From the NCBI GenBank assembly GCA_038235185.1, contig JBBSUF010000001.1, positions 947 to 64,946 of the forward strand: 64,000 nt of DNA, written 5' to 3'. Position 1 is the stretch's first letter; each line of letters begins with the position of its first letter. Of the stretch, positions 20,098-30,438 are shown piece after piece. This DNA comes from Lysobacterales bacterium. GTDB taxonomy: Bacteria > Pseudomonadota > Gammaproteobacteria > Xanthomonadales > Xanthomonadaceae. Made by a program: the position numbers and the translations under genes. The notes under the pieces are model-generated. The model was not told where the DNA came from, ran no database searches, and saw only the letters and a program-made list of their open reading frames with translations.

Positions 20098-20557
20098 TGG
20101 TGCTGGGATCCTGAAGTGGCAGTCGCATCGAAAGGAAATCAGTATCGCCGCCGGATTCGACGAAACCAAGCTTGCGGTACAGGCCAATGGCCTGGGGGCT
20201 TGCCCGCGAGACCTCCAGCGCGAGCTCCTGCATCCGCAGCTGTCGCGCTTCGGCGACACACGAGTGCATGAGGGTCGACGCGATGCCCGCCCGCGCATGA
20301 CCGGGTAGCACGCTGACGCTGGTGACGAAGCCACTCTGACTACGCTGGTCGTTGAGGTAGGCCGCGACCAGGCCCGCCAGCACGGGACCATCCCAGGCCT
20401 CGAACGTGGTTGCGAGCTGCGACAGCTTGTCCGCATAGGTGGCCAGGTCGACGCGCGATGAGAGCGACGGCAGGTACTGCGCGTCACAGGCCTGCAAGTG
20501 CGCCAGGATGGCCTCCCGGGTGGCGGTCATCCGGCGATAGGCGACGGGAGATGTCAT
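20081..20557 (-). CDS. GNAT-family N-acyltransferase
   Basis: VSVLPGHARAGIASTLM (motif A), AIGLYRKLGF. Confidence 0.82.
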   Translation of the reverse strand: MTSPVAYRRMTATREAILAHLQACDAQYLPSLSSRVDLATYADKLSQLATTFEAWDGPVLAGLVAAYLNDQRSQSGFVTSVSVLPGHARAGIASTLMHSCVAEARQLRMQELALEVSRASPQAIGLYRKLGFVESGGDTDFLSMRLPLQDPSTNEQRP

Positions 20558-21504
20558 TCGAGTACAGCAACCCCGAAACCGTGCCGACCGAATTCGTTGC
20601 CGTTGTACAACAGATAGACCTTGCCGTCGCAGCGGAACAGGTGCGGGTAGCACTGCATGTCGCTATCCCATCCTTCCTCCGCGACATCGATCCCGATGGA
20701 AGCATCGTCCCGATGCCAGGTCAGCAAGTCATCGGACCAGGCATGGCCAAGACGATAACCGCGGCCCTTGGTTTGCCGGAAATCAAAAGACTCGCGATAA
20801 CAGAACACCATGTGGTGACGATCGCCGATCGACACGACGGTAGGCAACGCCTGGCTTTCTTCTTCAAGGCGGTCGGGAACGATTCGCGCGCCCTGCTTGT
20901 TCCAGCGGATTCCATCGGCGGAGGTTGCATGCCCGATCTTGTAGATCCGGTCAGGTGCCTGCGCGCCTGGGAATTGTTTCCACTGCGTGCCGAAGATGTA
21001 CCACATGTGGAATACGCCGGCGCGCACCTGCACGAACGGATCGCCCACCAGGAAGGGCTCGTGTAGCGAAGCGGTGAGCACCGGGCCTTCGCCGATCCGC
21101 TCGAAGGTCAGGCCGCCGTCGTGACTGAAGGCCAGGCCGATGCCGGTGTCGACGGATACCGAAACCCGGCGTGTCCAGCCGCTGGTGTAACCGAAGATGC
21201 GGTCGTCGTGGCGCAGGACGTTCATTGGGAAAATCCCGTGCTCGTCGAAGCAGCCTAGGTTGCCAAGGGGAATCACCGGCTTGTCGGACACCCGCAACAC
21301 TTGGCGGAAGTCCTTGCTGAAATCCGCGAAGCAGACATGGCTCAGATATTTGCCGTTGCCCGGATCACGTTGCCGGCTGGAGAAGTACACACGGACGAAC
21401 CCGTCGCACTCCAGTGCCTGCGGCGACTGCGCGAATTCGCCGCATCCGCCGGGCAGGACATGGTCGGTGGGGTCGAACACTTTGCCGAGCTTGGTCCATT
21501 TCAT
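20554..21504 (-). CDS. Five-bladed beta-propeller protein (GH32/43/130-like fold), function unknown
   Basis: WTKLGKVFDP, RVYFSSR, GCFDEHG, repeated S.DG..W/F Asp-box-like units, GWDSDMQCYP, YNGNEFGRHGFG. Confidence 0.75.
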   Translation of the reverse strand: MKWTKLGKVFDPTDHVLPGGCGEFAQSPQALECDGFVRVYFSSRQRDPGNGKYLSHVCFADFSKDFRQVLRVSDKPVIPLGNLGCFDEHGIFPMNVLRHDDRIFGYTSGWTRRVSVSVDTGIGLAFSHDGGLTFERIGEGPVLTASLHEPFLVGDPFVQVRAGVFHMWYIFGTQWKQFPGAQAPDRIYKIGHATSADGIRWNKQGARIVPDRLEEESQALPTVVSIGDRHHMVFCYRESFDFRQTKGRGYRLGHAWSDDLLTWHRDDASIGIDVAEEGWDSDMQCYPHLFRCDGKVYLLYNGNEFGRHGFGVAVLE

Positions 21505-21514
21505 CGCTGCGGCC

Positions 21515-22474
21515 TCATAAGGTGCCTTCGAGCTTGGCGAGCCCGAAGCCGTGGCGACCGACCTGGTTGCCCAGGTAAAGCATGTAGATCGCACCATCGA
21601 GCGCGAAGACATGCGCGTAGCTGATCATTTCCGAATCCCATCCATCCTCGGACACGTCGATGCCTGCCTTTGAATCATCCCGCGTCCAGTGCAACATGTC
21701 GTTGGATACCGCATAGCCGATCCGGTAGCCTTTTTCCCTGCCGCGATAGCCTTGGCTGTGGCGATAGCTGAAAAACATGTGGTAGCGGCCGTTGTGCAGG
21801 AAAACATCCGGACACGCTTGCGCTTCGTCTTCCTCGATCCTGCTGGGAATCAGGTCGCGATTGAGCTTGTCCCAGTTCAGTCCGTCGTCGGACGTTGCCA
21901 TGCGTATCTTGTAGACCGGCTCAGGCCGGCCATCGGCGACCACCCATTTGCGGCCGGCGATGTACCACAGCTGCCATCGCCCGTCGTATCGGCGGATTTT
22001 GGGGCCGCTGAGGACGAATGGTTCGTCGACAGATGCTGCGAGCACCGGGCCGCTGCCCAGCTTGCCGAACGTGACTCCACCGTCGCGACTCCTGGCTACG
22101 CCGATGGCGACATCGAACGGTACCGACTCGCAGCGCGTCCAGCCCGCGTAGTACGCCACCACACCATCACCATCGCGGACCACGGACACCGGATAGGTGC
22201 CGAACTCGTCAAACATGCCGGTCCCGCCGAGCGCCAGGATCGGCTCCTGCGCGATCCGCAGGATGTTGAAGAGGTTGTAGCGGTCCAAGTCGACGAATGC
22301 GGAATAGCTGGCGTATTGCCCAGCTGCGTCCGGTGGCGGGCGACAGGAAAAATAAACGCGGACGAAGTCGCCGAACATCAACACGCAGGGCGCCTGAGCA
22401 AACTGTTGCAACCACGGCCGATCGGTGACCGTTGCGGGGTCGAAGACCCGTCCGAGTTTCTTCCAGTGGAACAT
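21515..22474 (-). CDS. Five-bladed beta-propeller protein (paralogue of 20554-21504)
   Basis: WKKLGRVFDP, RVYFSCR, GMFDEFG, GWDSEMISY, YLGNQVGRHGFG. Confidence 0.75.
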   Translation of the reverse strand: MFHWKKLGRVFDPATVTDRPWLQQFAQAPCVLMFGDFVRVYFSCRPPPDAAGQYASYSAFVDLDRYNLFNILRIAQEPILALGGTGMFDEFGTYPVSVVRDGDGVVAYYAGWTRCESVPFDVAIGVARSRDGGVTFGKLGSGPVLAASVDEPFVLSGPKIRRYDGRWQLWYIAGRKWVVADGRPEPVYKIRMATSDDGLNWDKLNRDLIPSRIEEDEAQACPDVFLHNGRYHMFFSYRHSQGYRGREKGYRIGYAVSNDMLHWTRDDSKAGIDVSEDGWDSEMISYAHVFALDGAIYMLYLGNQVGRHGFGLAKLEGTL

Positions 22475-22647
22475 CGATCATGACCTTGCGCGTCGGAAAA
22501 TGGTGGCCCATACCGGAAGGGCGCTGCCCATCGGAGACGGCGCGGTCGTGCTCCGGTTGCCCGCGACTCCAGCGAAAGCGACGGTCGAAGTGCGTCGGGA
22601 TTGTACTTGCTGGAGCCGCGTCCGGCATTCGCGGAGCTTTATTGATG

Positions 22648-23346
22648 CTAGATGAGCTCGAATCCGTGTTCGAGCTGGCCGGCAATCGCGGGCGGTGAAT
22701 TGAACATCAATACGTCAATGATCGAGAGCCAAGGCACGAACGGTTGGCCGAATTGCGCGTATTGCACCTCCCTGCTGCGAAGGTATGAGAGGGCGACGCC
22801 TTGGACGCCAAATGCCTCCCGGGAATACAGCGCCTGTCCACCGATGGGATTGACGTATTGGTCGGCGCCGAGGGCCCGGCAGATGGCCAGCACCTTGTCC
22901 TGCGCCTGCAGTGAGTGGTCGATGGCTACGGTCGAGGATTTCACGATGGGCGTGTCGATCCCGAGATAGCTGCACACGCCGGTGATTGACTTGTGGACGT
23001 AATCGAAAAGATTGCCGGCTCCGTCGAGCACGATCTCCTCCAGCAGTGGAAACGCGCTGGCGAATTGCGGAGCCCTGCGGTATGCCTCACGCAGCCGGTT
23101 CAACAGTTTGGCACGATCAAAATCCGCTGCGAGTTCACGCTGCTGGATATCCAGGAAATCGGAATCCTTCCTGATCGGAATAGAGAACGTAGCGTCACTG
23201 CCACCGAGCAGGAACCGGTTGCGGTTGATCCAGCCCTTCTTGGTGTACTGGATGTTGTCGTAGACGACGAACACATCCACCGCGCGGATCAGCTGGAAGT
23301 AGCCGATGTACGGAAGGAAATAAGGCTGCATGATCGCAGCCTTCAT
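22648..23346 (-). CDS. WbqC-family protein (putative glycyltransferase)
   Basis: IMQPYFLPYIGYFQLI, VVYDNIQYTKKGWINRNR, YVNPIGG, LSIIDVLMF. Confidence 0.88.
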   Translation of the reverse strand: MKAAIMQPYFLPYIGYFQLIRAVDVFVVYDNIQYTKKGWINRNRFLLGGSDATFSIPIRKDSDFLDIQQRELAADFDRAKLLNRLREAYRRAPQFASAFPLLEEIVLDGAGNLFDYVHKSITGVCSYLGIDTPIVKSSTVAIDHSLQAQDKVLAICRALGADQYVNPIGGQALYSREAFGVQGVALSYLRSREVQYAQFGQPFVPWLSIIDVLMFNSPPAIAGQLEHGFELI

Positions 23347-23395
23347 CCACGCTCATCCCGGCATAGCGCGAGCCGCCGGCGCAAGAAACGCGAAC

Positions 23396-24502
23396 TCATG
23401 CAGTGATGACGGCAAGCACCGCATCCACGTCCGTGGACGCGAGGTCCGGATAGATCGGCAGGCACAGGACGCGGTCGGCGATCTCGGTAGCCACCGGCAA
23501 GTTGCCGCGGCTGGACGAGGGCAAGCCGCGGTACATCGGGAAATCCGAGATCAACGGATAGAAATAGCGGCGGGCGAGGATGTCGTGGTCGCGCATTTTC
23601 TGATAGAGCGCGTCGCGCGACAGCGGGTAGTCGCCACCCACCAGGATCGGGAAATACGAGTAGTTCTGCGTCGCGTCCGGGGACGCGGTGGGCAACGTGA
23701 TGCCCGGCACTCCACCCAGCACGGCGCAATAGCGCTCGTGGATATCGCGTCGAGCAGCGATCGAGCGATCGACGTAATCCAGTTGCAGCAGCCCGAAGGC
23801 AGCCTGGACCTCGTTCATTTTGCCGTTGATGCCAGCGGCGACAACCGTCACTTCGTCGACGAAGCCGAAATTCTTGAGATAGTCGATGCGCTGCTTGGTC
23901 TTGGCATCCGGGCAGATGATCGCGCCGCCTTCGAAAGTGTTGAATACCTTGGTTGCATGGAAGCTGAGGACGGAAAGGTCGCCAAAATTCAGCAGCGATT
24001 GCCCCTTGTAGCGCACGCCGAACGCATGCGCCGCGTCATAGATTACCCGCAGGCCGTAGGTGTCGGCGATATTCTGGATGCGCTCGACGTCGCAAGGATT
24101 GCCATAGCAGTGCACCGGCATGATCGCGGTCGTTTGCGATGTGATCGCAGATTCGATCTTGTCGGGATCCAGGTTGAACGTATTCGCATCGATGTCGACG
24201 AAGACCGGCTTGATGTTGTTCCACAGCAACGAGTGCGCCGTGGCTACGAATGAATAGGGTGTCGTGATCACTTCGCCAGTGATGCGCAACGACTGCAGCG
24301 AAGTAATCAGCGCGATCGTTGCGTTGGTGAACAGGCTGAGGTGCTCGACGCCAAGATAGAGGGAGAGCTCCTTTTCCAAGCGCTGGTGGTACTGACCGGC
24401 GTTGGTCAGCCACTTGGATTCCCAGATCCGGGCCAGATGCGGGATGAACTCCTCCAGCGGCGGCATGAATGGCTGGGTGACGGGGATGGGGCGAGTGCTC
24501 AA
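23396..24502 (-). CDS. vioA: dTDP-4-amino-4,6-dideoxy-D-glucose transaminase (VioA-like DegT/DnrJ family)
   Basis: IPVTQP, KWLTN.G..HQ.LE, LRITGEVITTPYSFVAT, SFHATKVFNTFEGG, GINGKMNE; TTG start preceded by GGAG (alternative ATG at 24535). Confidence 0.85.
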   Translation of the reverse strand: MSTRPIPVTQPFMPPLEEFIPHLARIWESKWLTNAGQYHQRLEKELSLYLGVEHLSLFTNATIALITSLQSLRITGEVITTPYSFVATAHSLLWNNIKPVFVDIDANTFNLDPDKIESAITSQTTAIMPVHCYGNPCDVERIQNIADTYGLRVIYDAAHAFGVRYKGQSLLNFGDLSVLSFHATKVFNTFEGGAIICPDAKTKQRIDYLKNFGFVDEVTVVAAGINGKMNEVQAAFGLLQLDYVDRSIAARRDIHERYCAVLGGVPGITLPTASPDATQNYSYFPILVGGDYPLSRDALYQKMRDHDILARRYFYPLISDFPMYRGLPSSSRGNLPVATEIADRVLCLPIYPDLASTDVDAVLAVITA

Positions 24503-24612
24503 GATGACTCCGGGACCCTTGGCTTGCATTGCCATGACGGGCTGCGAAGGGGTGCGCCCGCACGACGACCGGCGGCGATCACCACCGATCGGTTCTCAGC
24601 CGCGGATTTTGG

Positions 24613-25032
24613 TCAGGGGCAGGCAGGGCCTTGCACAGTGGCCCGGGCAAGTTCCTGTCCGGTTGCGCGATCTTTGACCGCGAAGATCGAGCCAGGCCCA
24701 GCCCATGGTCCCGTCTTGGCTTCGCCCGCGGTTCCACTGGCCGTAAACAGCGTAAGCGGATGAGTAGCCGAACCCGTCCACACTTCGATGTCCTTGACGT
24801 CCGGATGCTCCTTGCGGATGTCCCAGCGCACGGTCACCACCGCGCCGATCTTGCATGAATCCAGGCTGGCGGGTTCAATCGACACTGGACCCGTAGTCGC
24901 CGCAGCGGCTGCGACCGAAGGCGCGGAAGCAGGAGAAGCTGCGGTTTTGGAGGCATCAGTATCCGAGGGCTGACAGGCACTGAGGCCGATCATCAGCAAA
25001 GTAGCGGCGGCTATCAAACGGGCGCAATACAT
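24613..25032 (-). CDS. Small lipoprotein of unknown function (paralogue A)
   Basis: Lipobox LSAC, Ala/Ser/Pro/Thr linker, TGPWAGPG, C-terminal GPACP. Confidence 0.75.
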   Translation of the reverse strand: MYCARLIAAATLLMIGLSACQPSDTDASKTAASPASAPSVAAAAATTGPVSIEPASLDSCKIGAVVTVRWDIRKEHPDVKDIEVWTGSATHPLTLFTASGTAGEAKTGPWAGPGSIFAVKDRATGQELARATVQGPACP

Positions 25033-25195
25033 GGGTAAAAGCCTCGGTTGGGAGGGGAAACGGAGCGCAATGATAGCGTTTCGGCCATGGCGTCGCAGTT
25101 CTTGCCTCAGCGAGCTACTGCATTCACGTGCCTGCCTGCACGCGCAGCCGTTAGACTTTGCCCTCCCCCAGGCGTCCGCGCAGATGACAGAGTCC

Positions 25196-25924
25196 ATGAC
25201 CCCTTCCAGCGCCATCGCGGCAGGAAAGCTGTATGCCAGAGCCGAGGACGCGTTGCACGGCATCCTCGCGCAAGGCCAGACCATTGCCGTGGGTGGCTTC
25301 GGCCTGTGCGGCATTCCCGAAGCGCTGATCGCCGCGCTGCGCGATTCCGGCGTCAGCGGGTTGACCGTGATTTCCAACAACGCTGGTGTCGATGGCTTCG
25401 GCCTCGGGCAGCTGCTGCAGACACGGCAGATCCGCAAGATGATTTCGTCGTATGTCGGCGAGAACAAGGAATTTGAACGCCAGTATCTTGGCGGTGAACT
25501 CGAACTCGAATTCAATCCGCAGGGCACGCTGGCCGAACGCCTGCGTGCGGGCGGCGCTGGCATCCCCGCGTTCTTCACCCGCACCGGCTACGGCACCATC
25601 GTGGCCGAGGGCAAGGAGACGCGCGAGTTCGACGGCCACATGTACGTGATGGAAACCGCGCTCAAGGCCGACGTTTCGCTGGTCAAGGCTTGGAAGGCCG
25701 ACACGGCCGGCAACTTGGTGTTCCGCAAGACCGCGCGCAACTTCAATCCGGCGGTGGCGATGGCCGGCAAGGTCTGCATCGTCGAGGTCGAGGAGATCGT
25801 CGAGATCGGCGCGATCGATCCAGACCACGTGCACCTGCCCGGCATCTATGTCGACCGCATCGTCCACAACCCGACGCCCGAAAAACGCATCGAGCAGCGC
25901 ACCGTGCGCGCAGGAGTTGTGTGA
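25196..25924 (+). CDS. scoA: 3-oxoacid CoA-transferase subunit A (Xanthomonas LpsI equivalent)
   Basis: [49 protein letters not shown]. Confidence 0.92.
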   Translation: MTPSSAIAAGKLYARAEDALHGILAQGQTIAVGGFGLCGIPEALIAALRDSGVSGLTVISNNAGVDGFGLGQLLQTRQIRKMISSYVGENKEFERQYLGGELELEFNPQGTLAERLRAGGAGIPAFFTRTGYGTIVAEGKETREFDGHMYVMETALKADVSLVKAWKADTAGNLVFRKTARNFNPAVAMAGKVCIVEVEEIVEIGAIDPDHVHLPGIYVDRIVHNPTPEKRIEQRTVRAGVV

Positions 25925-26550
25925 TGGCCTGGACCCGTGAACAGATGGCGCAACGCGCCGCGCAGGAACTCAGCGATGGCGCTTACGTCAATCTCGGCAT
26001 CGGCCTGCCGACTCTGGTGGCCAATTACATTCCTGACGGCATGGACGTGTGGCTGCAATCCGAAAACGGCCTGCTCGGCATCGGTCCGTTCCCGACTGAG
26101 GACGAACTGGATGCCGATCTGATCAATGCCGGGAAGCAGACCGTGACCGCGCGTCCGGGCGCCAGCTATTTCGGCAGCCAGGATTCGTTCGCGATGATCC
26201 GTGGCGGGCACATCGACCTGGCCATCCTCGGCGCGATGCAGGTCACCGACCGCGGCGACCTCGCCAACTGGATGGTACCCGGCAAGATGGTCAAGGGCAT
26301 GGGCGGTGCAATGGACCTCGTGGCCGGCGTCAAGCGCGTGGTGGTACTGATGGAACACACCGCGAAAAATGGCGAATACAAGATCCTGCCGCAATGCACG
26401 CTGCCGCTGACCGGAGTCGGTGTCGTCAACCGGATCATTACCGACCTGGCCGTATTCGACGTCACTGATGACGGTCTGCGGCTTGTCGAAACCGCACCGG
26501 AGATCTGCGTTGCGGACTTGCGCGAGAAGACCGGAGTTGCCTTCAATTGA
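25924..26550 (+). CDS. scoB: 3-oxoacid CoA-transferase subunit B (Xanthomonas LpsJ equivalent)
   Basis: NLGIGLP, QSENG (catalytic Glu), [10 protein letters not shown]. Confidence 0.93.
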   Translation: MAWTREQMAQRAAQELSDGAYVNLGIGLPTLVANYIPDGMDVWLQSENGLLGIGPFPTEDELDADLINAGKQTVTARPGASYFGSQDSFAMIRGGHIDLAILGAMQVTDRGDLANWMVPGKMVKGMGGAMDLVAGVKRVVVLMEHTAKNGEYKILPQCTLPLTGVGVVNRIITDLAVFDVTDDGLRLVETAPEICVADLREKTGVAFN

Positions 26551-26686
26551 TGGCGAATGCGATGAATTGCCTGTTTTTGGATATTCGGCTCGTGCGCGAA
26601 AGCCGGCATTCACGCTTCTGGTTGTAGATACGTTATCCAGAGGGCCCCCTTAGTCTCGCCTATGTTCGGGCGATAGGTGATTGATC

Positions 26687-29086
26687 ATGTCTAGATACAC
26701 GCGCCCCGGTTTTATGGTGCTGGCACTTCTGGTCTTGGCTAGCTGTGCCAAAGAGCCGCAAAGTCATGAGTCCGACGGTGCGGCCGAATTGGCGCGGCCT
26801 GAATCACTGACTTTTAACCCTACCAGCCCAGCGCTGGCTGTCAGTCATGCATTTGCCCATTTTCCCGACCGTGGTGAACTGGTCGCGTACCCCGGCAAGG
26901 TGGGTATACAGGACGGTGCCTACACATGGCACCGCACTGAACTGAGCGAGTTGCATGCGCTGCATGCAATCGTTGATGGCCACCTTCGTGTCACCACGCC
27001 ATCCGGTGAGCAGCTGGATTTCCAGTACGACAATCACGTCGAGCATCCAACCGGGGATTGGACCTGGGTTGGTCACATTGCCGGCCATCCGAACGAGCAA
27101 ACGATTCTTACCTTTGGCGAGCACGCTGCTTTCGGCTCGATTGCTCAACCCGGAAAATTGCCGATGCGCCTGACAGTGCGCAACGGCGTCGGCTGGCTGG
27201 TGGAGACCGATGCGCGAAAGGTGGCTGGCATCATCAATGCAGCGACCCGTCCGCAGCATCCGGACTTTTTGGTTCCACCGAAGGCCGCAGCTCCTGGTGT
27301 TACCCCGCGTATGGCAGGAGCTTCGTCGGTGTCGAGGGGTTCGGCTACGAGCATGGCGTCTGCAGCCGCGGCGACGGCGACCACAGTCGATTTGGTCCTG
27401 GGCTATACGCCGGCGTTTGCCAGCGATAACGGCGGCACGTCCGGCGCCATCACGCACCTTAACTATCTGGTCGATGTCACCAACGTCGCCTACGTGAACA
27501 GCCAGATCGACGCGAAAATACGGCTGGTGGCGACGGTGCCGGTTACGTATCCGGATGCCACCAGCAACGACACTACGCTGTCGCAGCTTACCGGTTACGA
27601 CGCGACGAGCAATAGTACGACCACCCCTGACCCTGCGTTCAATGCGTTGCGGGCGGCACGCGATCAGTATGGTGCCGACATGGTGTCACTGGTCCGCAGC
27701 TTCCGCGACCCTGAAAATGGCGGATGCGGCGTTGGCTGGCTGATCGGTGGGGGAAGACAGGCCATCGATCAGAGCGACAGCTATTTTGCCTACTCGGTGG
27801 TGAGCGATGGCACCGATATCGGAACCGATGGGAAGAGGTACTACTGCCTGGACGAAACGCTGGCGCACGAACTTGGCCATGGGATGGGGGCCGCCCATGA
27901 CGTGGATACCGCAAAGGGAAGCAATGGTGCGCTGGATAACAACGAATACGGAGCGTTTTCGTATTCCTTCGGGTACAAATCGATCCCCGGGAACTTCTAC
28001 ACGGTGATGGCCTATGGTGATACCGGGCAGCAGATCGATCGCATCTTCTCCGACCCACGCAGCACGTTCTGCGGCGGCAACGCCTGTGGTATCACGGATC
28101 AGGCTGACAATGCCCGCACCTTGATCCAGACGATTCCGATCGTGGCGACCTTCAGGGCCACGGCGGTGGCATACCCCCCACCCAGCATTACCGCTCGTCC
28201 CCGGGTCGATATGAACGGTGATGGCAAGTCGGACATCGTGTGGCGAAACGCGACATCTGGACAGACATCGCGTTGGTATATGAGTGGCGCCACGCGTATC
28301 GGCGGTGCGCTCGATTCGATGCCCAGTAACTATCACATCGTCGGTATCGGGGATTTCGATGGTGATGGTCGCAGCGATCTATTGTGGGCCGACACCGCCA
28401 ACAGTTATCTGTTGATGTGGTTCAGTGACGCGGATGGCCAGTATCGCGGCAGCTATGTCGACAGCATCCCTGCGGGCTGGTCGGTATCGGGCGTGGCCGA
28501 CATGAATGGTGACGGTACGGCGGACATCGTGTTCCGCAACGCATCCTTGGGCCAGACCTCGCGCTGGTACATGCGCGGCGAAACCCGGATTGGCAGCGCT
28601 ATCGACGCGATGCCATCCAACTATCGCATTATGGGTATCGGCGATTTCGATGGGAACGGTCGCGCTGACCTTCTGTGGAGCGACAGTGCCAACAGCTATT
28701 TGTTGATGTGGCTGACCGGTTCCGACGGGCAGTATCGCGGTAGCTATATCGACAGCATCCCGGCGGGCTGGTCGGTGGCGGGGGTTGCCGACATGAACGG
28801 AGATGGCACTTCTGACATCGTCTGGCGTAACGCGGCTGCAGGTCAGACCTCGCGGTGGTATATGCAGGGCGCCACCCGGATCGGCGGTGCGCTGGATGCC
28901 ATGCCCGGCAATTACAGCATTATCGGCATTAGCGATTTCGACGGAGATGGCCGTGGCGACTTACTGTGGGCCGATAGTGCCTATACCTACCTGCTGATGT
29001 GGTTCAGCGGGGCAGACGGCCAATACCGCGGAACCTACGTGGACAGCATTCCTTTGGGCTGGTCGGTCACCAACGGCACGTATTGA
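26687..29086 (+). CDS. Lipoprotein reprolysin-like (M12B) zinc metallopeptidase with C-terminal FG-GAP/VCBS repeats
   Basis: Lipobox LASC; HELGHGMGAAH zinc motif, Met-turn TVMAY; repeated DMNGDG.SDIVWRN / GDFDGDGR.DLLW. Confidence 0.85.
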   Translation: MSRYTRPGFMVLALLVLASCAKEPQSHESDGAAELARPESLTFNPTSPALAVSHAFAHFPDRGELVAYPGKVGIQDGAYTWHRTELSELHALHAIVDGHLRVTTPSGEQLDFQYDNHVEHPTGDWTWVGHIAGHPNEQTILTFGEHAAFGSIAQPGKLPMRLTVRNGVGWLVETDARKVAGIINAATRPQHPDFLVPPKAAAPGVTPRMAGASSVSRGSATSMASAAAATATTVDLVLGYTPAFASDNGGTSGAITHLNYLVDVTNVAYVNSQIDAKIRLVATVPVTYPDATSNDTTLSQLTGYDATSNSTTTPDPAFNALRAARDQYGADMVSLVRSFRDPENGGCGVGWLIGGGRQAIDQSDSYFAYSVVSDGTDIGTDGKRYYCLDETLAHELGHGMGAAHDVDTAKGSNGALDNNEYGAFSYSFGYKSIPGNFYTVMAYGDTGQQIDRIFSDPRSTFCGGNACGITDQADNARTLIQTIPIVATFRATAVAYPPPSITARPRVDMNGDGKSDIVWRNATSGQTSRWYMSGATRIGGALDSMPSNYHIVGIGDFDGDGRSDLLWADTANSYLLMWFSDADGQYRGSYVDSIPAGWSVSGVADMNGDGTADIVFRNASLGQTSRWYMRGETRIGSAIDAMPSNYRIMGIGDFDGNGRADLLWSDSANSYLLMWLTGSDGQYRGSYIDSIPAGWSVAGVADMNGDGTSDIVWRNAAAGQTSRWYMQGATRIGGALDAMPGNYSIIGISDFDGDGRGDLLWADSAYTYLLMWFSGADGQYRGTYVDSIPLGWSVTNGTY
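28208..29080 (+). repeat. Three tandem 291-bp (97-aa) FG-GAP double-blade repeats
   Basis: ATG of DMNGDG at 28211, 28502 and 28793; units visibly near-identical at protein level. Confidence 0.9.
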
Positions 29087-29107
29087 GCCGGGATGCAGCG
29101 ACGCCAG

Positions 29108-29494
29108 TCAGGGGCATCGAGGACCGCCAAGCGTGGTGTGGAACAGCTCCGTTCCCGACGTCTTGGCTCTGAGCACAAAGACCATTCCCGGGCGTGCCCA
29201 TGCGCCGGTCGTCGCATGATCGACCGGGCCGCCCTCTGCAAATAACTTTGCCCGGGCGCCCGGTTCGTTGGTCCACAGCTGCACGGTCGCGATGGCAGGG
29301 CGTATGGCCTGCACGTTCCATGTGAGCGTGACTTCTGAAGGCGGGTCGCAAGCCTTTACCATGGCAGGCGATAACGATAGACCGGTGGGTGTGGTCCCAG
29401 CGTCCGGGGCTTTCGGCGATCGATCACATGCCGCAAGAGGCGCAAGCAACGCCAGTACGCAAACGATACCGGACACATGTGGGAAAGACGTCAT
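29108..29494 (-). CDS. Small lipoprotein of unknown function (paralogue B)
   Basis: Lipobox [13 protein letters not shown]-terminal GPRCP; ATG overlaps the etfA stop (ATGA). Confidence 0.75.
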   Translation of the reverse strand: MTSFPHVSGIVCVLALLAPLAACDRSPKAPDAGTTPTGLSLSPAMVKACDPPSEVTLTWNVQAIRPAIATVQLWTNEPGARAKLFAEGGPVDHATTGAWARPGMVFVLRAKTSGTELFHTTLGGPRCP

Positions 29495-30438
29495 TGCTGC
29501 GAGAGCGCTTGTTGCAGTTCGGGCAGCAGTTTGAACAAATCCCCGACCAAGCCGATGTCGGCGATCTCGAAGATCGGGCACTCCGGGTCCTTGTTGATCG
29601 CGACGATCGTACCTGCGTCCTTGATGCCGGTGAGATGCTGGATCGCGCCGCTGATGCCGACGGCGATGTACAGCTCGGGCGAAATGATTTTCCCGGTCTG
29701 CCCGACCTGCAGTTCGTTCGGCACGTAACCGGCGTCGACTGCTGCGCGCGACGCTCCGACCGCAGCGCCGAGTTTGTCGGCAAAGTCGTAGATGATCTTG
29801 AAGTTCTCCGCCGAGCCAACCCCGCGGCCACCGGAGACGACACGTTTTGCGCTCTGCAGGTCAGGACGGTCGGATTTTCCGGCGGCAAGGCCAATGAAGC
29901 GGGTGTGCGTGGGCAGCGTCGCGTCGACTGCAACCGTTTCGATGGGGGCGCTGTTTCCCTTCGCAGACTCGGGCCACGATGCAGTGCGCACGGTGGCAAC
30001 GACGGTGTGATCGGCCGGGGCTTCGACCGTGATGATCGCGTTACCTGCGTAAATCGGCCGCTTGAACGTGTGGCTGCCATCAACTGCCATCACATCCGAT
30101 ACCTGCGACACGCCAAGCAATGCGGCGACGCACGGCATCAAATCCTTGCCGAAGGTCGTGCTTGGGCCGAATACATGCGTGTAACCCTGCGCGAGTTGCG
30201 CGACCTGCGGCGCAAATACCTGCGCGATCGGCTGGGCATTCGCCAGATTGGTCACAGCAAGGACGCGCGCGACGCCTGCGGTCTGCGCCGCTTCGCTCGC
30301 CACGGCGGCCGGGTCGGCGGCAAGCACTACGATGTCGATGCATTCGGGTTTCAGTGCCTGTGCCGCCGACACGCATTTGGCGGTCGACGCATTGAGTTTG
30401 CCGGCGAGGTGCTCGGCGACGATCAATACCTTGCTCAT
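29491..30438 (-). CDS. etfA: Electron transfer flavoprotein alpha subunit
   Basis: [34 protein letters not shown]. Confidence 0.96.
   Translation of the reverse strand: MSKVLIVAEHLAGKLNASTAKCVSAAQALKPECIDIVVLAADPAAVASEAAQTAGVARVLAVTNLANAQPIAQVFAPQVAQLAQGYTHVFGPSTTFGKDLMPCVAALLGVSQVSDVMAVDGSHTFKRPIYAGNAIITVEAPADHTVVATVRTASWPESAKGNSAPIETVAVDATLPTHTRFIGLAAGKSDRPDLQSAKRVVSGGRGVGSAENFKIIYDFADKLGAAVGASRAAVDAGYVPNELQVGQTGKIISPELYIAVGISGAIQHLTGIKDAGTIVAINKDPECPIFEIADIGLVGDLFKLLPELQQALSQQ

Noticed and set aside
18374-20487. Long N-terminal extensions in the ORF track suggesting fusions or frameshifts
   Set aside because: They overlap the upstream genes in other frames; better starts exist at coupled stop/start junctions (19354, 20097)
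22475-22647. Possible small gene or ops/JUMPstart element in the gap inside cassette 1
   Set aside because: The available frames give no recognisable protein and I found no GGCGGTAG ops motif
28208-29080. Periodic repeats as a CRISPR array
   Set aside because: They are in-frame 291-bp coding repeats with no unique spacers and no cas genes
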